A stretch of DNA of 64,000 nt from an uncultured Gammaproteobacteria bacterium (GTDB lineage Bacteria; Patescibacteriota; Patescibacteriia; SG8-24): assembly GCA_964491475.1 (NCBI GenBank), contig CAZBFO010000002.1:277841-341840 (forward strand), given 5' to 3'. The position numbers and the translations under genes are program-made. Shown here piece after piece: positions 37,867 through 48,109 of this stretch. Below the pieces are notes generated by a model. The model was not told the origin of the DNA, did not search any database, and saw nothing but the letters and a program-made list of their open reading frames with translations. Position 1 is the stretch's first letter, and the number at the start of each line of letters is the position of its first letter.

Positions 37867-38829
37867 ATGGAACCACCGCTCCCGCCACTTCATCCGCTGT
37901 TGCCGCAGCTGCTGGACCACCTGCAGCTGCGCGTGGTGGATGCCATCAAATGGAACGTGCTCGCCTGCGTCGAGGCCGACGATCCCGGCACTGACCCGAC
38001 GCTCATTTTGAAGTTCGGCAGCGACGATCGGAAGACCGACAGCATCAATTACGAAGTACGGATGATGCGCGACGTGCTTCCGACCATCGATCAGAGCATG
38101 TTCGAGCGGCTGGTGCTGCCGGAGTTCGTGAAGGACGGCATCCAGGGCGGAGTGCGCTGGATGCTGATTCGGCATGTGGCCGGCAAGCCGCTTGTACACC
38201 AGTGGTCCGAATTGACCCTCAAGCCCGAGACGCTCGGCGGCAAGGGCATCGAACCGGAGGGGGGCAAGCTCGCGGTCGACGTCCTTCGCGACCTGCGCCT
38301 GGTGGAAATCGCCGAGCTGCCTAAGTTCGTCCGCCGCTTCAACTTCGCTTCTTGGCTGGAGGCTTTTGAGGTGCAGGGCAAGGAACTGGTTCGCCGCGGC
38401 CTGATGGAGCAGGTGACGCTTGATGACGCCCACAAGCTGTTTTCCACCAAGGAAGCCCAGCGTTACGAGGGTTCGATGTTCACCAACGGCGATTTTTATC
38501 CCCGCAACTTCATCCTGCTGCCGCACGGGAAGGTGGCCGTGGCTGACTGGGTCGGCGGCATCGATCCGTGGGAATTCGTGGCCATGCACGCCTGGCTGCT
38601 GATGTGGGGCAATCCCGCCTGGCAGCAGACCTATTTGCGCGAAATCAACAAGCACTTTCCCGTTGACGTGGGCGAGATGCAGGTCGGCCTGCTGGTGAAA
38701 TCGTTCGACGTCATCTGGCGCTGGCGGGACATGCCCGAGGAGCAGGTCGGTTTTGCACGCACGCAGATGATCGCCTACTTCAAGCAGTGCATCGATCCCG
38801 AATACGTGGGCAAGATTTTCGAACTGTAA
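37867..38829 (+). CDS. Aminoglycoside phosphotransferase / choline kinase-like protein
   Basis: ILK lysine, Brenner-like NGDFYPRN, VADW. Confidence 0.8.
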   Translation: MEPPLPPLHPLLPQLLDHLQLRVVDAIKWNVLACVEADDPGTDPTLILKFGSDDRKTDSINYEVRMMRDVLPTIDQSMFERLVLPEFVKDGIQGGVRWMLIRHVAGKPLVHQWSELTLKPETLGGKGIEPEGGKLAVDVLRDLRLVEIAELPKFVRRFNFASWLEAFEVQGKELVRRGLMEQVTLDDAHKLFSTKEAQRYEGSMFTNGDFYPRNFILLPHGKVAVADWVGGIDPWEFVAMHAWLLMWGNPAWQQTYLREINKHFPVDVGEMQVGLLVKSFDVIWRWRDMPEEQVGFARTQMIAYFKQCIDPEYVGKIFEL

Positions 38830-38868
38830 CGCCCGTGCTTGGACGGGAAGTGCTATACTTTTCGCGGT

Positions 38869-41800
38869 ATGCCAGCCAAAAAGACCCGGTCGCGAAAATC
38901 GTCCAAACCGTCGGCGGAGCACGGCGACTCCGTCCTGTTGCGATTGGCCGTCGGGGCGGTCCTGCTGGGCATGGTCTGGGCCGCAGTTCCGCTGGCGAAA
39001 GCGCTGACCACCACCATCACTTCCGTCGTCGATCAGGCGTTTTCGGCGGCGGTGACCGCGCCGTCGTCAGGCTCGACCATCAGCGGAACGGTGCCGTTGG
39101 AGGCGCGGGTCGCGGCTGCGGCGAGTTCGGGGATATTCACGCTTTCCGGCGGTCCGAACGGTTTGCAACAGCCCATACAGGGCACGCAAGACGCTTCGGA
39201 CGCGCTGAAGTGGACGGCCAAGCTTGATGCTTCCGTGCTTGTTGCCGGCACCTATGCCCTGGGATTTTCCGCCGTGCGCGCCGTCGACGGGCTGACAGCC
39301 AGTTCGCCGCAGATTTCCCTGATCGTCGCCGATCAGGCGCCGGCCAAGTACGTCATCACCTTCGTGTCGCCCAGATCGGGCTCAACGGTATCCGGCACTG
39401 TCGCGCTCACGGCCGGCGTGAACCTGGCAGCTGACTCGCTGACCTACGTCGTCACGCCCGTAGCCGGCGGGGGATTGGTAGAGTTGAAGTCGTCTTTTGA
39501 CGGCACGAACGGCACTTGGGTCGGCAGCTGGAATACCGCCGAATTTCCGAATGGCACCTATACCGTGGTGCCCCACGCCTTTCACGCCGCCGTGATGGAA
39601 GTGGGCGACCCCGTTACCTTGACCGTCAGCAATGCCGCTCCGCCTCCGACCTTCACCGCGACCGTGCGGACGCCCGCCTCGGGCAGCGCGCTGAAGGGCA
39701 TCGTGACGTTCAGCTCCGTCACCAACCTGGCCGCCACCGGCCTTGCCTATGTCGTGACCGATGCCGGCGGCGCGCCTGTCGCTTCGCTGAACGCCGCTCC
39801 TTCTAACGGCAGCCTGCAATGGGACGCGACTTGGGACACGACGGCAGTATCCAACGGCACCTATTCGCTCAAGGCCACCTCGATCCGTACGGGCGCGCAG
39901 GCGGAGGCCGGCCCGGTTTCCTTCACGATCGCCAACCAGGCCGCGTCGACGTTATTGACCGTCCTGATGGCCGCGCCGGCCAAGGGCGCGGTGGTCTCTG
40001 GCAGCGTGCAGGTGTACGCGCAGACTTCCCTGGCGGCAGACAGCCTTTCCTTCACCATCACCCAGACTTTCGGCAGCAAGCACGTCACGCAGCTTGCGGC
40101 GGCAGGAGGTCCGACCTCCTGGTATGCCGCCTGGGATTCTTCGGCATTGGAGCCGGGGGCCTACCTCATTCACGCCACGGCCCTGAAGGGCACGGGAACG
40201 AACGTGAGCGACGACGTCGCTTTCAGCGTCACGGCGCCGTCCGCCGGATCGCCGACGCCGGTCTCCGCTGCCGTCAACGTCACGGTGCCGGTTTCGGGCG
40301 CGACGGTCGCCGGTCAGATGAGCCTGGCTGCGCGCACGGACTCCGCCGTGGACCTCGCCGGGTTTGAGTTGCGCAACGCCGTCGCGCCGGACGCGGCGCC
40401 TGTCGCCACGGTGGCTGCCAGCGGAGCCGACGGCGGTACCTCGTGGACGGCGACGATGAACACTACCGCCATTCCCGACGGCGAATACGTGGTGGTGGCC
40501 GTCGTGACCCGCAACGGCGTGAAAGCCTCCAGCGCGGCCGTTCCCGTGCATTTGAAGAATCTCACCAGCGGCCAGGCGGCCGTGCCCTCTTTTGAAATCC
40601 GATCGCCCGCGCCCGGCGCCTCGGTCTCCGGCATCGTGCCTTTCTACGCCTCATCCTCGGCCGCCATCGACGGGCTGGCCTTCATTCTTCAGGGGCCGAC
40701 AGTACCCGGCAGCAGGATGGCGTTGCCGGCTACCGGCAACGCCGAAAAGACCGCATGGACGGTCAATTGGAATTCCGGAACGGTGCCCGACGGCAGCGTC
40801 TCCCTGTCGGCCGTGGCTTCGAAATCGGGACATGAGTCCGAGGGGGCGCCGCGCGCGTTCACGGTCGCCAACGGCGCTTCGGCCCCGGTGCAGCCTCCTC
40901 CGACCGCCACCGCGCCTCCGGCAGCGGCCACGACCTTCAAGGTGACCGTGGTCAATCCGGTGACCGGACAGATTTACGCCGGACAAGTGCCATTGGCCGC
41001 CGCCGTCGACGGCGGCACCGCGCTGAACGTGCGGTTCACCGTCGGTGCCGCGAGCGGCGGTGCCGTGGCGGACATCGACGCGCATTTCGATTCGAAGACC
41101 AAGCGCTGGGTGGCGCTCTGGAAGCCAGACGCCGCCGCAACCGGCACTTACGTCGTGACGGCGACGGCCCAAAATACCAGAGGCCAGACGGCGCAAAGCG
41201 AAAGGGTCAAAGTGCTTTTCGGCGCTTCTAGGCCGGGGGAGCCAGCCGCGCCCGGATCGCCGCCGTCGCCGCCGGAGGTGCCGAAGCCCGTCGTTTCGGG
41301 AGAAAAAGCGGCGCTCATCGTGAAAATCTCCTCGCCTGTCGCTTCGTCGGTATTGCGCGGACCGGCGGTACTTGCCGCAGACGCAGAGGGCGCGGCTGAA
41401 GTCGGTTTCGCCATCCGCCCGATCAAAGAAGGGGAGGCGACGACTCGACGCGCGGCCAGCGACGGAACGCGCTGGGTCGCTTATCTCGACACCACGGCAA
41501 TTCCTGACGGCGATTACGAAATCGAAGCTTCGGCCGTCGACGCCGCCGGCAATCGCGCGGTCTCGCAGCGTCTGCCTTTCGGCGTGCGCAACGCGGGCGG
41601 CGGGGCGCCCGTGAGCAGGGTGGACGTCGTGCCTCCCGCGGCAGTAGTCGCTTCGGTGCTCGAACGGCCGCAAGGATCCGTCTCGCTTTCCGCCGATCCG
41701 CTGCCGCAGTCCGTTTCGGACGCGACCGACCAGCTCAATGCCGACTGCATCGCCAGGAAAGTTCCCGCCGAGAGGTGTTCCGAATGGTTGGCTCGGCAGT

Positions 41801-42900
41801 CGGAGCGGCAGGAATGCGCGGCCGCCGGCATCGTCACCAAGGAAGAGTGCCTTGCCTATCTGAAATCCAAGCGCGGCGGACAGGTGGCAGCCTGCGAAGG
41901 CCGCACCGACGAAGACTGCGCCAAAGTCGTGGCCATCGCCACCGCCGACCTGATCTTTGACGCCGACCTGCGCGCTTTGCGCGACGCTGCCTTGCAGAAC
42001 GTGGGACGGGTGCTGCAAATGCCCCCGCGCGGCAAGCAGGCAGCAGGCGGCGGGGACATTCCTCCGGCGCCGCCCGGATTGGCAGACCTTTCGCCTTTCG
42101 CGGGAGAAGCGCCGGTGAACGTCGGCTTGCACGCCTCGCCCGGTTTCGGCACGACCGACGGCAACGTCGCCCATCAGAACCTGCCGGCCTTCGTAATGGT
42201 CGACACCGACGGTGACAACTTGCCGGACGACATCGAGCTCCGCCTGGGAACCGATCCGCGCAATCCCGATTCCGACGGCGACGGCTACAACGACGGCTTG
42301 GAAGTCGAACGCGGCTACAATCCGCTCGGTCCGGGGGCGCTTCTTGGGAACGTGACCTTGGCGCCGGTCGATCAGGCGGTCATCTCCGGCATTGCCATCG
42401 AGCAACCGACTGACGCGGGAACGGTCGCGCCTGACCTGAAGGTGGAGACGGCAGTCGCCCAAAAGGAAAAGGAAGGCACCTTCACCATCGGGGGCCGCGC
42501 CAAGCCGCACGACGTCGTGACGGTGTTCGTCTACAGCTACCTGCCGGTCGTGTTCACTACCGCCGCCAAGGACGACGGCACCTGGACCTACGATCTCGGA
42601 ACGGGCCTGGCCGACGGGCAGCACGAGGCCTACGCGACCGTGACCGACGACACGGGAAAGATTTCCGCCAAGAGCGAACCGCTGTCGTTCTTCGTCTCCG
42701 GCGCGAAGGCCGTGACGCAGGATGAATTCTTCAATCCCTCCTCGTCGCCGCTTTCCGCCGCGGCGGTGGCGGCACCCAGCCAGGCGCTGCTCGGCTGGTA
42801 CATCGGCGCAGTGGCGATGCTGATGGGCATCGCGCTGGTCGTCTCGTTCCTGCTGTTCATGCGGCCAAAAAAGAATCAGCCGCCTCCTCCGTCGCAATAG
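38869..42900 (+). CDS. Large surface protein: tandem bacterial Ig-like repeats, 6-Cys domain, TSP3 repeats, Ig-like domain, C-terminal TM
   Basis: About 8 repeats of P.SG.TVSG...WDTT...NGTY; DTDGDNLPDD..DSDGDG; TM then RPKKNQPPPP. Confidence 0.88.
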   Translation: MPAKKTRSRKSSKPSAEHGDSVLLRLAVGAVLLGMVWAAVPLAKALTTTITSVVDQAFSAAVTAPSSGSTISGTVPLEARVAAAASSGIFTLSGGPNGLQQPIQGTQDASDALKWTAKLDASVLVAGTYALGFSAVRAVDGLTASSPQISLIVADQAPAKYVITFVSPRSGSTVSGTVALTAGVNLAADSLTYVVTPVAGGGLVELKSSFDGTNGTWVGSWNTAEFPNGTYTVVPHAFHAAVMEVGDPVTLTVSNAAPPPTFTATVRTPASGSALKGIVTFSSVTNLAATGLAYVVTDAGGAPVASLNAAPSNGSLQWDATWDTTAVSNGTYSLKATSIRTGAQAEAGPVSFTIANQAASTLLTVLMAAPAKGAVVSGSVQVYAQTSLAADSLSFTITQTFGSKHVTQLAAAGGPTSWYAAWDSSALEPGAYLIHATALKGTGTNVSDDVAFSVTAPSAGSPTPVSAAVNVTVPVSGATVAGQMSLAARTDSAVDLAGFELRNAVAPDAAPVATVAASGADGGTSWTATMNTTAIPDGEYVVVAVVTRNGVKASSAAVPVHLKNLTSGQAAVPSFEIRSPAPGASVSGIVPFYASSSAAIDGLAFILQGPTVPGSRMALPATGNAEKTAWTVNWNSGTVPDGSVSLSAVASKSGHESEGAPRAFTVANGASAPVQPPPTATAPPAAATTFKVTVVNPVTGQIYAGQVPLAAAVDGGTALNVRFTVGAASGGAVADIDAHFDSKTKRWVALWKPDAAATGTYVVTATAQNTRGQTAQSERVKVLFGASRPGEPAAPGSPPSPPEVPKPVVSGEKAALIVKISSPVASSVLRGPAVLAADAEGAAEVGFAIRPIKEGEATTRRAASDGTRWVAYLDTTAIPDGDYEIEASAVDAAGNRAVSQRLPFGVRNAGGGAPVSRVDVVPPAAVVASVLERPQGSVSLSADPLPQSVSDATDQLNADCIARKVPAERCSEWLARQSERQECAAAGIVTKEECLAYLKSKRGGQVAACEGRTDEDCAKVVAIATADLIFDADLRALRDAALQNVGRVLQMPPRGKQAAGGGDIPPAPPGLADLSPFAGEAPVNVGLHASPGFGTTDGNVAHQNLPAFVMVDTDGDNLPDDIELRLGTDPRNPDSDGDGYNDGLEVERGYNPLGPGALLGNVTLAPVDQAVISGIAIEQPTDAGTVAPDLKVETAVAQKEKEGTFTIGGRAKPHDVVTVFVYSYLPVVFTTAAKDDGTWTYDLGTGLADGQHEAYATVTDDTGKISAKSEPLSFFVSGAKAVTQDEFFNPSSSPLSAAAVAAPSQALLGWYIGAVAMLMGIALVVSFLLFMRPKKNQPPPPSQ

Positions 42901-42903
42901 CCG

Positions 42904-43812
42904 ATGTCCAGAGCAGCCAGATCATCAAAAACGCGCAGGTCGTCCGCCCTGTTTTTCCGGCGGACGATCTTGCGTTGGTTCGCGTCGCATGGACGTGACT
43001 TGCCTTGGCGCCGCACCCGCGATCCCTGGCGCATCCTGGTGTCCGAAATCATGCTGCAGCAGACGCAGGTGGATCGGGTGATTCCCAAGTATGAGGCCTT
43101 TCTGGCCAAGTGGCCGACGCCGGCGACCTTCGCCGATTCGAGCCTGGGCGACGCGCTTTCGACCTGGAGCGGGCTGGGCTACAACCGCCGCTGCAGGCAT
43201 CTGCACCTTGCCGCCAAGGAAATCGTCGCGCGTCACGGTGGAGCGACGCCGACGGACGTCGAGGCGCTGTTGGCGTTGCCGGGCATCGGTCCTTATACCG
43301 CGCGCGCCGTCGCCTCGTTTTCCGCCAACGCCGACGTGGTGCTGTGGGACACCAATGTCCGGCGCATCGTCCTGCGTCACTTCTTCCGCGGAGAGTTTGC
43401 CGGACGGACTCCCGATGATGCCGAGCTGCATGCGGCGCTGGAGGCCGCCTTTCCCGAGGGTCGGTCGCGCGATTGGCATAACGCCCTGATGGACTTCGGG
43501 TCGGCCGTCTGCACGGGACGTTCGCCGTCCTGCGCCGCCTGTCCGCTGCGACGCACCTGCCTTGCTGCCCCGAAGTTCCTGGGCGGGCACGCTGCCAAAG
43601 TGCGGCTGGTGAAACCGCAGGCGCGATTCGAAGGTTCGCGACGTCAGGCTCGCGGCGCGATCCTGCGTGCGCTCGCCGCTGCGGGCAAGAAGGGCGCAGC
43701 CCTCAAGGAACTGCAGGCCGGATTGCGGGATCATGACGCCGGGGTGCTGATGGAGGCGTTGGTCAAAGAGGGGATGGCGGTACGGAAAGGCGCGAAGGCG
43801 TACCTTCCGTGA
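42904..43812 (+). CDS. mutY: A/G-specific adenine glycosylase (short form without NUDIX-like domain)
   Basis: RDLPWR, VSEIMLQQT, WSGLGYNRR, LPGIGPYTA, CTGRSPSCAACPLRRTC. Confidence 0.92.
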   Translation: MSRAARSSKTRRSSALFFRRTILRWFASHGRDLPWRRTRDPWRILVSEIMLQQTQVDRVIPKYEAFLAKWPTPATFADSSLGDALSTWSGLGYNRRCRHLHLAAKEIVARHGGATPTDVEALLALPGIGPYTARAVASFSANADVVLWDTNVRRIVLRHFFRGEFAGRTPDDAELHAALEAAFPEGRSRDWHNALMDFGSAVCTGRSPSCAACPLRRTCLAAPKFLGGHAAKVRLVKPQARFEGSRRQARGAILRALAAAGKKGAALKELQAGLRDHDAGVLMEALVKEGMAVRKGAKAYLP

Positions 43813-43865
43813 CCCTGCCCCTTTCGCGTACATCTGGTATTCTGTAGCTGTACCTCTTCCCGTTG

Positions 43866-44750
43866 ATGACGCTTATGAAGAAAGTCCGATTTATAGCCAT
43901 TTTGCTGGCAGTTTGCCTCGCCGGATACCTGCTCGGCCGCGCCACGTCCACCGGCGACGTGCGCGGCATCGCCGGGGGCGTACACAAAGACATCCCGCTC
44001 TTTCCGGCTCCACCCAAGGCCGACCTGGCAATCAAGCCGGACGCGCCGCCGAAGCCGGACGTGAACGTCATCATCGAAACGCCCGAGGAAGGCACTCGTC
44101 CGCCCGGTCCGGCGTTCGAAGTCTCCGGCCGCGCCAAGGTCGGAGTGGAGAACGTACGTATCACCGTCACCGACAGCAACGGGAGCCCGCTGTACGACCA
44201 GGTGGCCGTCGTGGCCCCTGCCCCGGGCGGTCCCTTCGGCAGGTTCGTAGCCATCGTCAACTTGGTCAGCGCCCCGACCGCCCCCGTGACGCTCACCGTC
44301 ACTCGTGACGCTGCGGCCAACGAGACCGTCACGCGCACGGTCCTTTACGGCCAGCCCGACCAGGTCGGCCTCAAGGTCTACTTCAAAAACGACGGCATGA
44401 ATTCCGACAAGGCCTGCGAACTGGTCTTTCCGGTGGTCCGCACCGTTTCCGGAAAGATCGCCATCTACCGCGCGGCCATCGAGGCGCTGCTCGCGGGACC
44501 GAACGCCGATGAGGTGTCTGGCGGGTACGCTACCGCCATACCGGGCAGCGTCATCCTCAAATCGGTCGCTGCCGACAGCAGCGGCACCGTGACCGCCGAT
44601 TTCAACGAACGGCTTTCCAACGGCGTGACCGGCACCTGTCGCATCGGTGCGCTGCGGGCGCAGATCGCGGCGACGCTCAAGCAGTTCCCCGAAGTCCACG
44701 ACGTCATCATCTCGGTCAACGGCAGGTCCGAAAACGTCCTGCAGCCGTAA
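43866..44750 (+). CDS. Gmad2 Ig-like plus GerMN domain protein
   Basis: N-terminal TM; FEVSGRAKV..EN; AIEALLAGP, TADFN, QIAATLKQFPEV..VIISVNG. Confidence 0.85.
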   Translation: MTLMKKVRFIAILLAVCLAGYLLGRATSTGDVRGIAGGVHKDIPLFPAPPKADLAIKPDAPPKPDVNVIIETPEEGTRPPGPAFEVSGRAKVGVENVRITVTDSNGSPLYDQVAVVAPAPGGPFGRFVAIVNLVSAPTAPVTLTVTRDAAANETVTRTVLYGQPDQVGLKVYFKNDGMNSDKACELVFPVVRTVSGKIAIYRAAIEALLAGPNADEVSGGYATAIPGSVILKSVAADSSGTVTADFNERLSNGVTGTCRIGALRAQIAATLKQFPEVHDVIISVNGRSENVLQP

Positions 44751-44777
44751 CGGCTCACCCTCCTAAACCGCATCACC

Positions 44778-45209
44778 ATGTCCAAGGTCACGCAGGCCAT
44801 TCACGAGGGTTGGGAAGCGATTCTTCGTCGCGACATCGACGAGGCCGAGCATTTGTTTGCCGAAGCGACCGAAGCCGACCCGGAAGCCGCTGACGGTTGG
44901 AACGGCGTCGGTGCGGTGCATTTCGAAAAAGGGGAGCTGGAACGGTCGCTGGAGAGCTACGAGCGCGCCCTGAAAGCCGCCAAAAAGGCCCTTGGCGGCA
45001 AACTGCCGGCTCGCCTCGCCTGGGACGATCACGGCAAGCCGGCGCTGCGGGCGCTGCACGGCGTCGGACTCAACCGCTACCGCATGGGACATCTCGACGA
45101 GGCCGTCGAATCGTTCGAACAGCTGCTCGCGCTGAATCCGGAAGACAATCAGGGCGCGCACTTTCTCCTGCAGGACGCCAAAAAGAAGAAGTCACTTTGG
45201 AAAAAATAA
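44778..45209 (+). CDS. Tetratricopeptide repeat protein
   Basis: TPR patterns WNGVGAVHFEKG..ESYERAL; LALNPEDNQGA. Confidence 0.8.
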   Translation: MSKVTQAIHEGWEAILRRDIDEAEHLFAEATEADPEAADGWNGVGAVHFEKGELERSLESYERALKAAKKALGGKLPARLAWDDHGKPALRALHGVGLNRYRMGHLDEAVESFEQLLALNPEDNQGAHFLLQDAKKKKSLWKK

Positions 45210-45221
45210 GCCCACGATCGT

Positions 45222-46403
45222 ATGAAGAAGTTCCTCTTCCTGCTGCTGGTGGCCGGCGGATCGGTGTTCGCCTACTTTTGGTACGTGAGGGGGATAAATC
45301 TTCTGCAGATGGAGGATGCCAACCCGCTGCCCTACTACGGCATCGCCATGCGTCTTCCTCCAAAGCAGGCCGACGGCAAGCGCGCCGCTACCGTCAATGT
45401 CGACGCCTATCAGTGGTATGCAGCCGCGTCGATGCTGAAGCCGAGGGTCAGCGCGGCGGTGGCGGCGATCGATTCGCATGTGTACGTCATGGGCGGCGTC
45501 GACGGTTTCGACCGCACTCTGGCTGACGTCGAAATGTACGACACCAAGAGCGACACTTGGACCAAGCTGCATCCGATGCCGCGCGCCACCGAGGACGCGG
45601 CCGTTGCTGTGGTCGACGGCAAGATCTACGTTTTCGGGGGGTTCCAGGGCTTGGCGGACAATCCCCTCGACAGCCTGCTGGTGTACGATCCGTCCACGGA
45701 CGAATGGAAGCAGGGACATGATCTGCCGGCCGCCGTCGGCGGCGCCGCGGCCGTGGCGGTCGACGGAAAGATTCACCTGTTCGGCGGCAAGTCGCTCGGC
45801 ACGGACGTGGACACCCACTCCGTCTATGACCCTGCGACCGACGGCTGGGAGAACTCCCTCGAGATGAACGTGGGGCGCGAGCGCGCCGACGCCCTGCTGG
45901 TCGGCCGTAAAATTTACCTTGTCGGCGGACGCCAGGGATCCTTGGTGTACAACCTGGATTCGGTCGAGGTGTATGACATCGACCGCAACACTTGGGACAC
46001 GGTCAGCCTGATGCCGCGCAAGCGGAGCAATCACGTCGCCCTGCTGTTCCAAGGGAAGATTTACGTCTTCGGCGGCGAGGCGCCGACATTGACCTTTGGG
46101 GACGTCGACGTCTATGACGTCGCCGCAAACCGCTGGTCGACCATGAAGACGACGCTGCCGCATCCGCGCTACGGGCTTGGCGGCGCGGTGGTGGACGGCA
46201 AGTTCTTCCTGGTGGGCGGCGGCCAGCGGCCCGGCCTGTCCGTATCCGATTTCAACGAGGTGTTCGCCCCGCCGGCCGCTGGACTCGCTGCGGAAACCGC
46301 TCCCGCGCCTGCGCCGACCAACGTGAACGCGCCCGCGTCCAAGCCGGCCACGACAAAGAAGAAGCCCGCGACCGCTCCCAAAACGACCGCCCCCGCCCCA
46401 TGA
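45222..46403 (+). CDS. Membrane-anchored Kelch-repeat beta-propeller protein
   Basis: Six repeats of IYVxGG...YD....W; N-terminal TM; Pro/Thr/Lys tail. Confidence 0.9.
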   Translation: MKKFLFLLLVAGGSVFAYFWYVRGINLLQMEDANPLPYYGIAMRLPPKQADGKRAATVNVDAYQWYAAASMLKPRVSAAVAAIDSHVYVMGGVDGFDRTLADVEMYDTKSDTWTKLHPMPRATEDAAVAVVDGKIYVFGGFQGLADNPLDSLLVYDPSTDEWKQGHDLPAAVGGAAAVAVDGKIHLFGGKSLGTDVDTHSVYDPATDGWENSLEMNVGRERADALLVGRKIYLVGGRQGSLVYNLDSVEVYDIDRNTWDTVSLMPRKRSNHVALLFQGKIYVFGGEAPTLTFGDVDVYDVAANRWSTMKTTLPHPRYGLGGAVVDGKFFLVGGGQRPGLSVSDFNEVFAPPAAGLAAETAPAPAPTNVNAPASKPATTKKKPATAPKTTAPAP

Positions 46404-47644
46404 ACGCGCTGACCGTTTCCCAATTCGTCGAGTTCCTGAACACCGCCCTGGCCACGGCGGTGTTTCCTGAAGGCGCCGTGATCGAAGGCGAGGTCGTGGA
46501 ATACCGCATGTCCCAAGGCAAGTGGATCTGGTTCAAGCTGAAGGACGAGTCCGCCGTGGTGGACTGCTTCGCCACCGTCTGGCAGCTGCGGACGCCGCTG
46601 GAAGACGGCATGAAAGTGCGCGCCTACGGCATGCCCAAGGTGCACCCGAAGAGCGGCAAGTTCTCCGTGAACGTGGAACGGGTGGAGCTGGTGGGCGAGG
46701 GAGCCCTTCGCCGCGCTTTCGAGCTGCTCAAGAAGAAGCTGGAAGCCGAAGGCCTGTTCAGCGCCGCGCGCAAGCGCCTGTTGCCGCGCTTCCCGCGCAA
46801 GATCGGCCTTATCGCTTCTGCCGAATCCGCGGCGTACGGGGACTTCATGCGCATTCTCGGCAACCGCTGGGGCGGGTTGGAAATCGCCCTGGCCGACGTG
46901 TCGGTGCAGGGCCGCGATGCCGTGGCCGAAATCACCTCGGCTTTCCGCTGGTTCAACGCCCATCCTGACGCGGCCGAAGTGCTGGTGCTGACCCGCGGCG
47001 GCGGCTCGATGGAGGACCTGCAGGCGTTCAACTCCGAAGAAGTGGCCCGTGCGGTGTTCTCGTCGCTGCTTCCCGTCATCGTCGGCGTCGGTCACGAGCG
47101 CGACGAGTCCCTGGCCGACTATGCCGCCGACGTCCGCGCCTCCACGCCGTCCAACGCCGCCGAGCGGCTGGTCCCGGATCGCCGGGACATCCTGTCGTTC
47201 ATCGACGGGGGAGTGCGCCGGATGGATGCCGGCATGCGCGGCGCGCTCGTCGGAAAGCAAGACGCCATCGAGTCCCTCGCCGGCAGAATCGAAGCCCACG
47301 CCCGCCGCGGCATCGACCGGTTCCGTCACCTCCTCAAGGATTTCGCCAACCGCTTCACCGGTTTCGAGGCGTCGTTCAGAGAGCGGGCAACCGCCATCCT
47401 GACGTTGAACGCCAGATTGGCGACCGGCGCCAAATACTGGATGTCGCATCTCACGCAGGAACTCGAGTCCCGGGAGCGCCTGCTGAAGTCGATGGACCCC
47501 AACCGACCGCTGCAGTTGGGTTACGCCCTGGTGAGGGGTCCCGACGGTCTTGTCACCGACGCTTCCAAAATAGAAATCGGCACCAAGGTGGAAATCGCGT
47601 TGAGAAGGGGAACTCTCGAAACCGAAGTGGTAGGAAAGAAGTAA
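46400..47644 (+). CDS. xseA: Exodeoxyribonuclease VII large subunit
   Basis: OB fold, LEAEGLF, RGGGSMEDL.AFN, GVGHERD, ASTPS. Confidence 0.95.
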   Translation: MNALTVSQFVEFLNTALATAVFPEGAVIEGEVVEYRMSQGKWIWFKLKDESAVVDCFATVWQLRTPLEDGMKVRAYGMPKVHPKSGKFSVNVERVELVGEGALRRAFELLKKKLEAEGLFSAARKRLLPRFPRKIGLIASAESAAYGDFMRILGNRWGGLEIALADVSVQGRDAVAEITSAFRWFNAHPDAAEVLVLTRGGGSMEDLQAFNSEEVARAVFSSLLPVIVGVGHERDESLADYAADVRASTPSNAAERLVPDRRDILSFIDGGVRRMDAGMRGALVGKQDAIESLAGRIEAHARRGIDRFRHLLKDFANRFTGFEASFRERATAILTLNARLATGAKYWMSHLTQELESRERLLKSMDPNRPLQLGYALVRGPDGLVTDASKIEIGTKVEIALRRGTLETEVVGKK

Positions 47645-47662
47645 CGTCTTGCGCATATCGAA

Positions 47663-47757
47663 CCGGGGGTGGCAGGGGGTGGGGGACCCCGTCAGCGCGG
47701 AGGTCGCCCGCAGGCGACCGAGCACTGCCGGGGGTGACCCCCTGACAGGACCCCCGG
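47663..47757. repeat. Nested-palindrome (REP/MITE-like) element
   Basis: CCGGGGGT/ACCCCCGG, CAGGGGGT/ACCCCCTG, CCCCG/CGGGG, GGTCGCC-CGCA-GGCGACC. Confidence 0.6.
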
Positions 47758-47802
47758 CCCGCATGGCAGCAACATCCTTATAAGTGATTAACTTGGTATC
47801 GC

Positions 47803-48060
47803 ATGTCACCCAAATCCAAAGGAGAAAAATCCCCCGAAGGTTTCGACTTCGGCAAGTCCTACAAGGAGCTGGAAGAGATCGTCGACTGGTTCGAACAGGA
47901 AGAAGTCGATCTTGACGAGGGCCTCAAGAAGTTCGAGCGCGGCCTGCAGCTCGCCAAGGCCTGCAAATCGCGCCTCAAGGAGGTCGAGAACAAGGTCACG
48001 CAGATCAAGGCCAAGTTCGGCGAGCTGGAAGACGACAGGGAACAGTCCTCGCTCATCTAG
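47803..48060 (+). CDS. xseB: Exodeoxyribonuclease VII small subunit
   Basis: ELEEIV..FE...DLDEGLKKFERGLQLAKAC. Confidence 0.93.
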   Translation: MSPKSKGEKSPEGFDFGKSYKELEEIVDWFEQEEVDLDEGLKKFERGLQLAKACKSRLKEVENKVTQIKAKFGELEDDREQSSLI

Positions 48061-48109
48061 CGGGCCGCCTCTCGTCAGGGGGTCGCTTTTGTGCTATACT
48101 GAAACGGAT

